NCBI GenBank assembly: GCA_934177725.1
Contig: CAKPPO010000008.1
Location: forward strand, 1,189-65,188
Source: an uncultured Clostridia bacterium
GTDB taxonomy: Bacteria > Bacillota > Clostridia > TANB77 > CAG-508
Reading direction: 5' to 3'
DNA: 64,000 nucleotides
Positions 1-10,224 of the stretch are shown in pieces (the first letter of the stretch is position 1; every line of letters begins with the position of its first letter). Made by a program: the position numbers and the translations under genes. The notes beneath the pieces were generated by a model that was given only the letters and a program-made list of their open reading frames with translations, was not told the origin of the DNA and searched no databases.

Positions 1-138
1 CAATCTTGTTAAATTTATCATTCTTTTTCATATTTAAAGTGCATAATTGTTTTGAAAATGATTGCAAAGGATTTATATAAATTTTTGTAACACTTTTAGT
101 TTTATTGCATATTATTAGTTATACGAGGTGATTTATCT

Positions 139-483
139 ATGAATAATAATGTTAATTCCTCTTTTCCAAACTTTGAAGAATTTGTTTCTTCTTTTAATAA
201 TAATAATACTGATCCAAATTTGAATGATAGTTCAAGTTTTGAAAATAATGCAGAACAAAATAACCCTTTTGGAAATATTGATATGAATACGATTTTAAAA
301 ATAAAACAAGTTATGGAGAAAATGAATAGTAATAAAAATAATCCCAGATCAAATTTACTATTGTCCTTAAAGCCTTATTTAAAGCCTAGTAGAAAGCAAA
401 AAGTTGATCAATATATACAGCTTCTTAATATGAGTTCTATTATGGAAAACTTTGGGCAAATGGGTGGTGAAAAAATGAAATGA
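139..483 (+). CDS. hypothetical Asn-rich protein
   Basis: 114-aa ORF with a GAGGTG RBS about 8 nt upstream of the ATG. It overlaps the next ORF by ATGA. No family recognised. Confidence 0.45.
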   Translation: MNNNVNSSFPNFEEFVSSFNNNNTDPNLNDSSSFENNAEQNNPFGNIDMNTILKIKQVMEKMNSNKNNPRSNLLLSLKPYLKPSRKQKVDQYIQLLNMSSIMENFGQMGGEKMK

Positions 484-977
484 TGAGTATGTATCCTTTT
501 TTTGGTCCTTCGTTTTATAGGAGACCTTCACCTTATTACTCAAATAATGCTTCCATTTATAGTGCAAGGCGCACGGCAGAGCATAATTCAGATTATAATT
601 CTACTTGTAGTACAAGACTCAATTCTACTTATAATTTGAAGCGCAATTCACATTCTGATAATTTACATAATTCAAATCATTTTTCTAACAATAATAGTGA
701 AACACATTGTTCCCCTAGGTTTTCCAATTCAAAGCAACAAGAAAAATTTAGTAATTCTAATTTTTCTTCTAACAATTCTACTAGAAATAATGAAAATTGC
801 TTACCATATATAAATTCGTCTTTTGATGATAATTACTCTGATGAATGTTTTGAAATATTTGGTTTAAAACTTCATTTTGACGATTTGCTTATCATTTGTA
901 TATTATTTTTTCTTTATCAAGAAGATGTAAAAGATACTTATCTTTATATTTCTTTAATTTTATTATTGCTAAGTTAA
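480..977 (+). CDS. hypothetical Ser/Asn-rich low-complexity protein with hydrophobic C-terminal tail
   Basis: 165-aa ORF, translationally coupled to the previous ORF and followed directly by a palindromic terminator. No family recognised. Confidence 0.4.
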   Translation: MMSMYPFFGPSFYRRPSPYYSNNASIYSARRTAEHNSDYNSTCSTRLNSTYNLKRNSHSDNLHNSNHFSNNNSETHCSPRFSNSKQQEKFSNSNFSSNNSTRNNENCLPYINSSFDDNYSDECFEIFGLKLHFDDLLIICILFFLYQEDVKDTYLYISLILLLLS

Positions 978-1002
978 AAAAATCCGCTATAGCGGATTTT
1001 TT
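977..1002. terminator. palindromic intrinsic terminator, copy 1 of 6 (core ATCCGCTATAGCGGAT at 982..997)
   Basis: A-tract, 6-bp GC-containing stem with TATA loop, then T-tract, immediately after the stop at 977. Confidence 0.8.
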
Positions 1003-1103
1003 GTTTTACTATTGATATTTAGGTGTACATAATATATACTACAGACATAAAATTTATATTCTAATCTATTTTTTTCTTACATTATCAAAAGGAGGTATGC
1101 TTA

Positions 1104-1369
1104 TTGCCAATTATTTCTCAGTTCTATGGAATTATTATTCAAATGTTCTTTAACGAAAATCAAAAACATTATAAAGAACATATTCATGTTAGATATATGA
1201 ATATGAAGTTGTATATGATTTAGATGGAAGTATTTTAGAAGGGGATTTACCAGTAAAACAAAGAAAATTAGTAGAAGCTTGGATTGCAATTCATCAAAAT
1301 GATCTAAAAAATTTATGGAATACTATGCAAAATTATGGTAAAATGTTTAAAATAGATCCATTAAAATAA
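1104..1369 (+). pseudogene. DUF4160-family protein, reading frame broken by a 1-nt loss
   Basis: A TTG start 8 nt after GGAGG gives LPIISQFYGIIIQMFFNENQKHYKEHIHVRY, then a stop at 1221..1223. The -1 frame continues EYEVVYDLDGSILEGDLPVKQRKLVEAWIAIHQNDLKNLWN..KIDPLK to 1369. The break lies in the TA-rich run agatatatgaatatg (1191..1205). Confidence 0.6.
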
Positions 1370-1385
1370 AAAAGGGGGCTTATTT

Positions 1386-1631
1386 ATGTACATAGTACCA
1401 AAACCTATAGAAGTTAGGGCTTTAGAAAATTATGATTTATATATAAAATTCGAAGATGGAAAGGAAAAAATTTATAACGTAAAGCATTTAATTGAAAAAT
1501 TTTCTTTTTATGAAAATCTTAAAGATATTAATTATTTTAAATGTGTAAGAGTTTATGGAAATACTGTTGTTTGGAAAAATGGAGAAGATATTGCACCTGA
1601 AAATTTATATTATGATAGTATTTTAGTTTAG
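1386..1631 (+). CDS. DUF2442 domain protein (usual partner of DUF4160)
   Basis: 81 aa with the family pattern: ..V.ALENYDLYIKFEDG...F..L.D..YF..V.V.GNTVVWKNGEDIAPENLY. GGGGG RBS. Confidence 0.7.
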   Translation: MYIVPKPIEVRALENYDLYIKFEDGKEKIYNVKHLIEKFSFYENLKDINYFKCVRVYGNTVVWKNGEDIAPENLYYDSILV

Positions 1632-1641
1632 AATATAGATT

Positions 1642-1670
1642 AAAAAAAATCCGTTGTATCGGATTTTTTT
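1642..1670. terminator. palindromic terminator, variant copy 2 of 6 (core ATCCGTTGTATCGGAT at 1649..1664)
   Basis: A8 tract, hairpin, T7 tract, between convergent genes. Likely bidirectional. Confidence 0.75.
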
Positions 1671-1684
1671 GTTTTCTATCCATT

Positions 1685-2440
1685 TTACAATATCATTAAC
1701 CTTTTTATTATCTTTTCTTTTGGTGTAAATACCATATATTTTATAAAGTATTTTTGTATTGGATTAAAGAAAGTATCTAATAGTAAAATATCTTTTATTC
1801 TAAATTTTATTCCCTTTTTCTCTAAATAATCGCAAGTAAATAATTTACAAGAAATGCATTTTGCACCACATGTATAGTCTTCTTTTAGATATTCGCATAA
1901 AACAAGTTTTGAAAGTGGCCCAATCCATTTATTTTTAAAATGATGGCAACATCCTGTTATAGATGATGTATTCATTTTTTCCCCACATTTATTGTTTTTA
2001 AAATCACACAAGTTTTTTCCATAAAAATAATTATCTAGGTAATTACATACTGTATCATAAATATAATTATATCTTTCATATTTTGTGTTATAAAATATTG
2101 CATTAATGGCTTGAATAAAATCATTATGTTCTTGATTTGTACTATTAAAGTTTATTAAATAGCCAATTATCTTTTTATTATTCTCGAGTGTTCCAATTTC
2201 TATGTTTATTTTTGATGCAATATTTTTTATGAATAGCAATCTTTTTAATATTCTTTTATATTGTTTTTTAGTTATCTTTTCAAAATCTATATTTAGCATA
2301 AGTTTTTTATTTTTTATTACTTTATTTAAATTTAAATTTTGTATATCTACTGCTTTTTTGTCTGTTATTTGTTTATTGTTATTAATGATTTGTATATTAT
2401 AATCATTATCTAACCTTATGCTATCTATTACAGTATTCAT
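1685..2440 (-). CDS. hypothetical cysteine-cluster protein (possibly YkgJ/CxxCxxCC-like metal-binding)
   Basis: 251 aa. The C-terminal half has CDFKNNKCGEK..GCCHHF..LCEYL..CGAKCISCKLFTC. The N-terminal half is Asn/Lys-rich with no recognisable family. Confidence 0.45.
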   Translation of the reverse strand: MNTVIDSIRLDNDYNIQIINNNKQITDKKAVDIQNLNLNKVIKNKKLMLNIDFEKITKKQYKRILKRLLFIKNIASKINIEIGTLENNKKIIGYLINFNSTNQEHNDFIQAINAIFYNTKYERYNYIYDTVCNYLDNYFYGKNLCDFKNNKCGEKMNTSSITGCCHHFKNKWIGPLSKLVLCEYLKEDYTCGAKCISCKLFTCDYLEKKGIKFRIKDILLLDTFFNPIQKYFIKYMVFTPKEKIIKRLMIL

Positions 2441-2468
2441 AATTATTATCTCCCTTTATCAAATTGAT

Positions 2469-2495
2469 GGGATCTGAAAAAATTTTTCAGATCCC
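2469..2495 (-). terminator. hairpin GGGATCTGAAAAAATTTTTCAGATCCC between the small ORF and the Cys-rich ORF
   Basis: Perfect 11-bp stem with only a weak U-tract on the minus strand. May act as an attenuating or partial terminator. Confidence 0.45.
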
Positions 2496-2508
2496 TAGGT
2501 ACTGCTAT

Positions 2509-2682
2509 TTAGTTTTTGTTGTGATACAACTGTCCATTGTTGGAGACATCATTATTGATGCGATAATCACCATCACCTGTAACATACCCAACTCTTTTGT
2601 CGTTTCCGTCATAGACGTCTCCACCTTTTGAATATCCTCCAGGATACTCCCTACGAAAATCACTGCTGTCTTTCCATGCCAT
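2509..2682 (-). CDS. small Gly/Asp/Tyr/Asn-rich protein (57 aa), unknown function
   Basis: AGGAGG RBS before the internal ATG (MAWKDSSDFRREYPGGYSKGGDVYDGNDKRVGYVTGDGDYRINNDVSNNGQLYHNKN). Visibly more GC-rich than its surroundings. Confidence 0.45.
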   Translation of the reverse strand: MAWKDSSDFRREYPGGYSKGGDVYDGNDKRVGYVTGDGDYRINNDVSNNGQLYHNKN

Positions 2683-2805
2683 AATAGCGTCCTCCTTTTT
2701 TACTTTCAACGTGTATTGTACCTTATAGTTAAATTTTACTATTAAATCACATAAATGTCAATAGATATTGTAAAAAAGTGTCAATTTCCGCTATTGCGTA
2801 TTTTT

Positions 2806-3423
2806 TTATTCTACTTCTATTTCATTGTTTTCGTTAATATATGCATATTCATATTTTTTAATTTCTTCTAGTTCTTCTTTTTCGAATTCTTTTATTTTGT
2901 CTGCTATACGTATTTGTGGGCAAGCTATTTTATTTGCTGCTATTATTGCTTCTCTATTTCCTTTTGCTCCTGCATGTGCTAACCCTCTTATTTCTCCTAG
3001 TACTATGACGTTTTCTTCTGCTATTACTTCTGCTCCTGCATTTATATCTCCAAGTACTACAATACTTCCTTCATATTCTACTTTTTGTCCACAACGTAAA
3101 GATGATTTATAAAACATTGTTTCTGATGATTTTATTTCTTGATAGAATCCTTTTTTTATTCCATGAAGTCCTAAAGTTGTTGGACTTTCAAATTCTACTT
3201 CTACATCTATTTTTTCTTTAATTATTTTTTGTATTTCTTCCATTTCTTTGTTCTTTAGTATTTTTCCTTTAACTTTTATAGGTGTAGTATCACCTTTATA
3301 TAACTTTTCTAAGTCTTTTATTTTATCTTTTAGGCACTCTATAATTTCTTTTTCTTCTGTTTCTTCGTCAATTATTATCCATATCTCATCTTTTTTTAGT
3401 TGTATTTTTATACAATTTTTCAT
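2806..3423 (-). CDS. minC: septum site-determining protein MinC
   Basis: C-terminal beta-helix signature LRCGQKVEYEGSIVVLGDINAGAEVIAEENVIVLGEIRGLAHAGAKGN..QIRIA. Sits after mrdA as in other Firmicutes. Confidence 0.85.
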   Translation of the reverse strand: MKNCIKIQLKKDEIWIIIDEETEEKEIIECLKDKIKDLEKLYKGDTTPIKVKGKILKNKEMEEIQKIIKEKIDVEVEFESPTTLGLHGIKKGFYQEIKSSETMFYKSSLRCGQKVEYEGSIVVLGDINAGAEVIAEENVIVLGEIRGLAHAGAKGNREAIIAANKIACPQIRIADKIKEFEKEELEEIKKYEYAYINENNEIEVE

Positions 3424-3497
3424 TTTAGTACCCTCCTACTTAATATGTTTTAATATTCTTATTTTAAGTGTATATTCTTGTGATTTTCTAACCTATT

Positions 3498-5612
3498 TTA
3501 ATTTTGCATTTCTACTGTTGGTATTGCACTCATATCTTCTGTTACTTGGTTTGCATTCATTCCAAAATATTCTGCTATTATGTCTCTTGCTGGAACTGCT
3601 GCTTTTCCTCCTGATTGTCCATTTTCTATCATTACTACTATTGCTATTTCTGGTTCATCATATGGTGCAAATCCTACGAACCATGCATTTGTTATCTTTT
3701 TGCCATTTTCGTCTACTCTTCCTGTTTGTGCAGAACCTGTTTTTCCTCCAACTTCTATATTAAAGTTTTTGAATATTGAGTAAGCTGTTCCTCCTGATTC
3801 CGTAGTAACCCCTTTCATTCCCTCTAGTACTGCATTTAAATTTTCTTGTTTAAATGTTACTTTTTCACTATCGTCTGCTTGTATTCCTAAACGATTTTTT
3901 AAGTATTCGTTTATTTCTTCTCTACTTACTTCTTTTCCACTTTGATCTATTACAGATTTTATTATACTAACATCTACGTCGTTTCCACCATTTGCTAGCA
4001 TACTTGTGTATTTTGCCATTTGAAGTGTTGTAAAACTGTTATTTCCTTGACCTATTGCTGCTGGTAATATGTCTCCTCCGTTCCATGCTTGTCCTAAACT
4101 TTTTGAAGTTTCTGGACTTGCTACATATCCCGCTTCTTCTCCTAAAAGTTCTATTCCTGTTTTTTTACCTAAACCTAATGCTTTAGTATATTTTGCTAAA
4201 CTTTGTATTCCTGACCTATTTCCTACTTCATAGAAGAAATAGTTACAAGAATGAACTATTGCATCTGTTACGTTTAAATACCCATGTCCTCTAATATACC
4301 AACATTTTGGATTATAGTCTGATGAAAATTTATATATTCCTACGTCATTTATTTTTTCTCTTATAGTTATTGCTCCTGTTTCTAGACCTGTAATTGCTGT
4401 TACCATTTTGTAGGTTGACCCTGGTGATGATGGTGAAGATATTGCTCTATTTACAAATGGGTGCATTCTTGCATATTCTGATTCTGCTTCTTTTGTATAA
4501 TATACCCATTTGTCTGTGCTTATTCCCCCTACAAAGTCTTGTGGATTAAAGTCTGGGTAACTTGCCATTGCTAATACTTCGCCTGTTTTTACTTTCATAA
4601 CAACTGCTGATCCACCTGTTACATTTACTCCTTCTGAAGCACTTATACTTTCTATACTATCTTTTAATGTGCTTTCTGTAACTTTTTGTAGGTTTGCATC
4701 TATTGTTAGAATAACATCTGAACCACTTATTGCTTCTTCTGAAATGTATTCGTCTGTAACTGTTCCATCTACTGCCATATCTATTTGTTTTATTCCATTT
4801 TTGCCCTTTAGGTAGTCTTCCATAATGTATTCTATTCCTGTTTTTCCTATTATATCATTTTGTCCATACACATCCTCTTTTCCTTTAAGTTCTTCTGAGG
4901 AAATACTGCTAGTGTAACCTAATATATGTGATGCTAAACTTCCAGATGGATAACTTCTTATTGTTTTTGATGCTATTGTTACTCCTGGAAAGTCTGCATT
5001 TTGTTCATTGAACTGTGCTAAACTATTTTGCCCTAAATTACTTGCTAGTTCTACAGATTTTGTATTGCTATAACCATTTTTTGCTATATAGTAACGAAGT
5101 GTCATTATTTTTCTTGCTTCTTGCACATTCTCGTTTTCTATTTTATATTTTTGTTTTAGTATGTAAAAACATTCTTCTGCTGTTTTGTTTTCATCTATTT
5201 TATTTTGTTTTTTCCACTCTTTTTGTGCTTCTTCGCTTATTGTGAATGAAAATGGCTCTACACTTATTGGTAAATTATCTACATATGCATCTTGGTTTGC
5301 TTCTAGTATTTGTGTTATTTTTAAAAGTGTATTATTTAAAGTTTGTGTATCTATTTTTGTTTTATATAATTGTAAACAACTACCTAAAGTTGTTGTTGCA
5401 AGCTTATTTCCTGATTGATCTGATATGTTTCCTCTAGCTGCTTCTTGTATACTTTCTCTTGTTAATCTTGTATTTGATTGTTCCCTATATTCTTCTCCAT
5501 GTACTATTTGAAGGTTAAATAGTTGAAGTAGTAATACTATTCCTATTATATAAACTAATGTTGATACTATATTGTATCTTAGCTTTTCTTTTTTATCTTT
5601 ACTATAATTCAA
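3498..5612 (-). CDS. mrdA: penicillin-binding protein 2 (elongation transpeptidase)
   Basis: 704 aa with an N-terminal TM segment and the motifs STYK, SCN and KTGS. Follows mreD. Confidence 0.9.
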   Translation of the reverse strand: MNYSKDKKEKLRYNIVSTLVYIIGIVLLLQLFNLQIVHGEEYREQSNTRLTRESIQEAARGNISDQSGNKLATTTLGSCLQLYKTKIDTQTLNNTLLKITQILEANQDAYVDNLPISVEPFSFTISEEAQKEWKKQNKIDENKTAEECFYILKQKYKIENENVQEARKIMTLRYYIAKNGYSNTKSVELASNLGQNSLAQFNEQNADFPGVTIASKTIRSYPSGSLASHILGYTSSISSEELKGKEDVYGQNDIIGKTGIEYIMEDYLKGKNGIKQIDMAVDGTVTDEYISEEAISGSDVILTIDANLQKVTESTLKDSIESISASEGVNVTGGSAVVMKVKTGEVLAMASYPDFNPQDFVGGISTDKWVYYTKEAESEYARMHPFVNRAISSPSSPGSTYKMVTAITGLETGAITIREKINDVGIYKFSSDYNPKCWYIRGHGYLNVTDAIVHSCNYFFYEVGNRSGIQSLAKYTKALGLGKKTGIELLGEEAGYVASPETSKSLGQAWNGGDILPAAIGQGNNSFTTLQMAKYTSMLANGGNDVDVSIIKSVIDQSGKEVSREEINEYLKNRLGIQADDSEKVTFKQENLNAVLEGMKGVTTESGGTAYSIFKNFNIEVGGKTGSAQTGRVDENGKKITNAWFVGFAPYDEPEIAIVVMIENGQSGGKAAVPARDIIAEYFGMNANQVTEDMSAIPTVEMQN

Positions 5613-5651
5613 CTAATCACCTCCTGCTTTCTTATATTTTATTTTTCTCAT

Positions 5652-6185
5652 TTAAAAATACCTTGTTAATATTTTTTGTACTTTAAAGGTTTCTTCTATT
5701 TTGTAACCTAATTTTTGCATTAGTGGATAGAATATTATTATTAAAATTGTATTATACATTGCTTCTATAAGAAGTATTTTTATAAAGTCCATTATTTCTA
5801 CATTTATTGATTGCTCTATTATTTGTATAATATAACTTCCTATTTCGAATATGAATGTACTTCCTATTACCATTAAAATTATTGTTATTTTGCTTTCTTT
5901 TGAAAAGTTTTTATCGAAATAGCCACCTATTATGCCTATTACACCGAACATTATTGCATATGTTCCTAAGTTTTTTCCAAGTAATATATCTAAAAATAGC
6001 CCTGATATTCCTCCAAATGGAATTCCTACTTTTACCCCTGCATATAAGCTTACAAATAATATAAATACTATGAAAAAGTTTGGCTTTACTCCTGCTATTG
6101 TGAACCAATTGAAGAAGTTTGCTTGAAGGAAATATATTATTAAAAATGCAATTATTAATAGTATTATTGTAAGTGTTTTTTTCAT
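5652..6185 (-). CDS. mreD: rod shape-determining protein MreD
   Basis: 177-aa polytopic membrane protein between mreC and mrdA. Confidence 0.75.
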   Translation of the reverse strand: MKKTLTIILLIIAFLIIYFLQANFFNWFTIAGVKPNFFIVFILFVSLYAGVKVGIPFGGISGLFLDILLGKNLGTYAIMFGVIGIIGGYFDKNFSKESKITIILMVIGSTFIFEIGSYIIQIIEQSINVEIMDFIKILLIEAMYNTILIIIFYPLMQKLGYKIEETFKVQKILTRYF

Positions 6186-6256
6186 TTTTCCTTTATATAA
6201 TATATTTGTAAAAATATATTATATTGAACTCCTTTCTTTAAATTGGTTTATTTATT

Positions 6257-7070
6257 CTATTTAATTACTAAAACTGTTTCTAGCTTTTCAAAGTTTACTG
6301 CTGTTTCTATAATTGCATATCTATCTGTTATGTTTTTTGTATTTACAACTTTTTTTATTGTTCCTATATGAATTCCTTTTGGATATATTCCTCCAAGTCC
6401 TGATGTTTCTATTTTGTCTCCTTCTAGTATTGTTGCTTTTGTTGGTATAAATGTTGCTTTTAATGTAGAACTACTATTTAATGTTCCCCTTGCTATAAGT
6501 GCATCTCTTGATGTTGTTATTAAACAACTTGTTGTACTTGCTGTATCTATAATTGTTTGAACTTTTGCTGTACTTTCTGTTACTGATATTATATGTCCTA
6601 CTAAACCTTTTTCTGAAATTACTGGCATATTTACTGCAACACCATCTTTTGAACCCACATTTATTATTATTGTATCATTGTAATTGCTTATGTCTTTGTT
6701 TATTACATATGCTGGTACTGTTTGGAATTCATTATATTTTTCTTTTAAATTTACGTATTCTTTTAATGTGTTGTTTTCAGATTTTATTATTTCTAGTTCT
6801 CTTAGTGATTGTTCTAGTTCACTGTTTTTTTGTTTTAGTTTTTCATTTTCTTCTTGTAATGTGTTTATATTTGTAAAAAAGCTATTATTTCCGTGAAATC
6901 CAATTTTTAAAGTAAGTTAATCCATTTTGAATTGGCATTACAAGCACACCTACACCACTTTCTAAGTGTGTAACGTTTTCTATTTTTATATTAGATACTA
7001 TTACAATAATAATTAGTACTACTATTGTAATTATTATTCCTATTATGCTTGTTTTCTTACTTTTGCGCAC
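6257..7070 (-). CDS. mreC: rod shape-determining protein MreC, interrupted at an in-frame CGG (6893..6891) and continuing in the +1 frame
   Basis: The N-terminal TM ORF (6885..7070) ends ..NWIS CGG AAA TAA. The +1 frame from GGA (6892..6890) reads GNNSFFTNINTLQEENEKLKQKNSELEQ.. (coiled coil), then the beta-barrel domain down to 6257. Confidence 0.8.
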
Positions 7071-7129
7071 TTTTGGTTCCTACCTTTCTTTTTATAGAAG
7101 ATAGTTATGGTAGATTTATATTTAGTGTT

Positions 7130-8207
<1,078 letters not shown>

Positions 8208-8219
8208 TTATATTTCTTT

Positions 8220-8894
8220 TTAAGCTAATGCTAATATACTTTTATAATCTCCATCGCCAATTATTATATGGTCTAGCAATTTTAGTCCTAATAATTCTGC
8301 ACCTTTTTTTATATCTTTTGTTACTTTTATATCATTCATACTTGGCGTTACATCTCCACTAGGATGATTATGTACTAAAATGAAGTTGCTCATTCCTGTT
8401 TTTAGAATTTCTTCAAAAATTCTTTTTGGTTCTATGTGTGCGGAGAATGTGTTTCCGATAGAAATATCTACAATCTTTTGTACTACATTTTTTGTGTTTA
8501 ATATTAGAATTTTTACTATTTCGTTTTTTTCGTATCTCAGTTCTTCCATAAGCAAGTTTGCTACGTCTTTTGAGCCTTTTATTTGTGTACTTAAACTTTG
8601 TGGTCTTGACATTCTTTTTGCAAGTTCACATACGGCTTTTATTTGAATAGCTTTTACTTTGCCTATTCCCTTTATTTTTTGTAATTCTTTTATAGAAATT
8701 TCTTGAAGATCTCTAATATTCTGTCTTTCTATTAATGCTAGCACTTGCTGTGCTACTGCCACAGCTGTTTGGTTTTTTGTGCCTGTTTTTAGTATAATAG
8801 CAAGAAGTTCAGAATTAGAAAGAGCTTTTTCTCCATACATTTCCATTTTTTCATAGGGTCTTTCAGAATTTGGTAATTGTTTTAAGGTTAACAT
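8220..8894 (-). CDS. radC: RadC-family JAMM protein (UPF0758)
   Basis: HNHPSGDVTPS JAMM motif and an N-terminal HhH region. Lies upstream of mreB as is usual. Confidence 0.85.
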   Translation of the reverse strand: MLTLKQLPNSERPYEKMEMYGEKALSNSELLAIILKTGTKNQTAVAVAQQVLALIERQNIRDLQEISIKELQKIKGIGKVKAIQIKAVCELAKRMSRPQSLSTQIKGSKDVANLLMEELRYEKNEIVKILILNTKNVVQKIVDISIGNTFSAHIEPKRIFEEILKTGMSNFILVHNHPSGDVTPSMNDIKVTKDIKKGAELLGLKLLDHIIIGDGDYKSILALA

Positions 8895-8930
8895 TTCTTT
8901 CCTTTCTTTAAGCCCCTATTTATTTTTAAA

Positions 8931-9188
8931 CTACACTTTTCTATAAACTATTATTGCAACTATCATTCCTATTATACTTGATATATTTATTTTAAACATT
9001 AGACCAAATGATATTTGTACAACACTTAGATCTAGCTGTATTGGTGATGATAGTCCAAAGCTTTGTCCATAGCCAAGCCACCATAGGAAATCTACTTTTC
9101 CTGCTAGTTCTCCTAATAGTCCCCCTATAACTATTCCTGACAAAATAAATAATAATAATATCCATACATTTTTTTCTCTTGTAGCCAT
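8931..9188 (-). CDS. DUF4321 small membrane protein
   Basis: GGAG RBS before the internal ATG. MATREKNVWILLLFILSGIVIGGLLGE..LDLSVVQISFGLMFKINISSIIG fits the DUF4321 pattern. Confidence 0.65.
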   Translation of the reverse strand: MATREKNVWILLLFILSGIVIGGLLGELAGKVDFLWWLGYGQSFGLSSPIQLDLSVVQISFGLMFKINISSIIGMIVAIIVYRKV

Positions 9189-9523
9189 ATTTTTCTCCTT
9201 TTCTATTTCTTTTGTTTCGCTTTTCATATTATATATGCATTTTTGCTTTTTTTCAAGAAAAGTTGGTAAAAAATACAAATTTTTATGCCTTTTTCTCTTT
9301 TCTTTTTTTAGTTAATGTGCTATTATATTCCTTACCTAAAATTATTATTTAAAAGTGTGCCTTTTTATTTTTATAAATATGTGGACACCCCTTTAAAGTA
9401 AGCGTATTGCATGGAACAATTTTTTTGATTGTTCATATCATATATTAATTACCAAATATTACTCATTTCTTTTGTTGCAGTATAGTGCTATAATAAAATT
9501 ATAAACAATTAGGAGGATGTCAA

Positions 9524-10162
9524 ATGCGTTTTGAAAAGTTAAATGAAGATAAAATTAGAATCACATTAAGTATTGAAGATTTAGAAAAAAAGGACATAGA
9601 TTTTCATTCTTTTATGTCTAATTCTATTGAATCTCAGGATTTATTTTTTGATATGTTAGAGGAAGCTGAAAAGGAAATTGGTTTTTCTACAAAGGATTAT
9701 TTGATTCGTATTGAAGCTTTAGCAATGGCTGGTGGAGATTTTGTTTTAACTGTGACTAGAAGTCTTCCACAAAAATTGAAAGAAAATACGCAAAAAACTC
9801 CTACTAGAAAAAAAGTACATATTAAAAGAAAAAAATTTAATAATGAAGTTACTCAAGTAATCTATTCTTTTGCTTCTTTTGAAGATTATTGTGATTTTAT
9901 AGATTTTTTCAATAAGAATGGTTTTAAAGCTGTTGGTTTAGCTAAAAATGTAGCTTTATATGAATACAAAAATACATATTATCTTTGCATTTCTCAAATT
10001 AATCTTGCTTATCCTAATTTAAAGAAATTGTTTTCTTGTATTCCTGAATTTGCAAGTTTCGTAAGTCATTCTGATGTTTTTATTAGAAAGTTTTTAGAAT
10101 CTGGCAATTTGATTATAAAACATAATGCTATTCTTACTTCATTAAAGCATTTTTCAAAGTAA
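9524..10162 (+). CDS. mecA: adaptor protein MecA
   Basis: MRFEKLNEDKIRITLSIEDLEKKDIDFHSF..DLFFDMLEEAEKEIGF matches the typical MecA N-terminus. AGGAGG RBS. Confidence 0.8.
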   Translation: MRFEKLNEDKIRITLSIEDLEKKDIDFHSFMSNSIESQDLFFDMLEEAEKEIGFSTKDYLIRIEALAMAGGDFVLTVTRSLPQKLKENTQKTPTRKKVHIKRKKFNNEVTQVIYSFASFEDYCDFIDFFNKNGFKAVGLAKNVALYEYKNTYYLCISQINLAYPNLKKLFSCIPEFASFVSHSDVFIRKFLESGNLIIKHNAILTSLKHFSK

Positions 10163-10180
10163 GAAGTTTAGTACTATATC

Positions 10181-10216
10181 AAAAAGATAGAAAACTTAAA
10201 TGTTTTCTATCTTTTT
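10181..10216. terminator. bidirectional intrinsic terminator
   Basis: AAAAAGATAGAAAAC-ttaaat-GTTTTCTATCTTTTT between convergent mecA and the M23 peptidase gene. Confidence 0.75.
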
Positions 10217-10224
10217 AGTTTATT

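Noticed and set aside
3248-3763. Many plus-strand ORFs of 60..290 aa rich in Leu/Phe/Ser/Ile. Examples are 3248..3763, 7107..7583, 24794..25657, 30913..31386, 58616..59083 and 18253..18822.
   Set aside because: They lie antisense to well-supported minus-strand genes, have low-complexity composition typical of the reverse frame of AT-rich coding DNA, and lack RBSs.
9279-9523. A possible riboswitch or leader upstream of mecA (GGACACCCCTTTAAAG, hairpin GAACAAT..ATTGTTC).
   Set aside because: It shows no resemblance to a riboswitch class I can recognise. It may hold a degenerate REP-like fragment and an extended -10 promoter, but the support is too weak to call.
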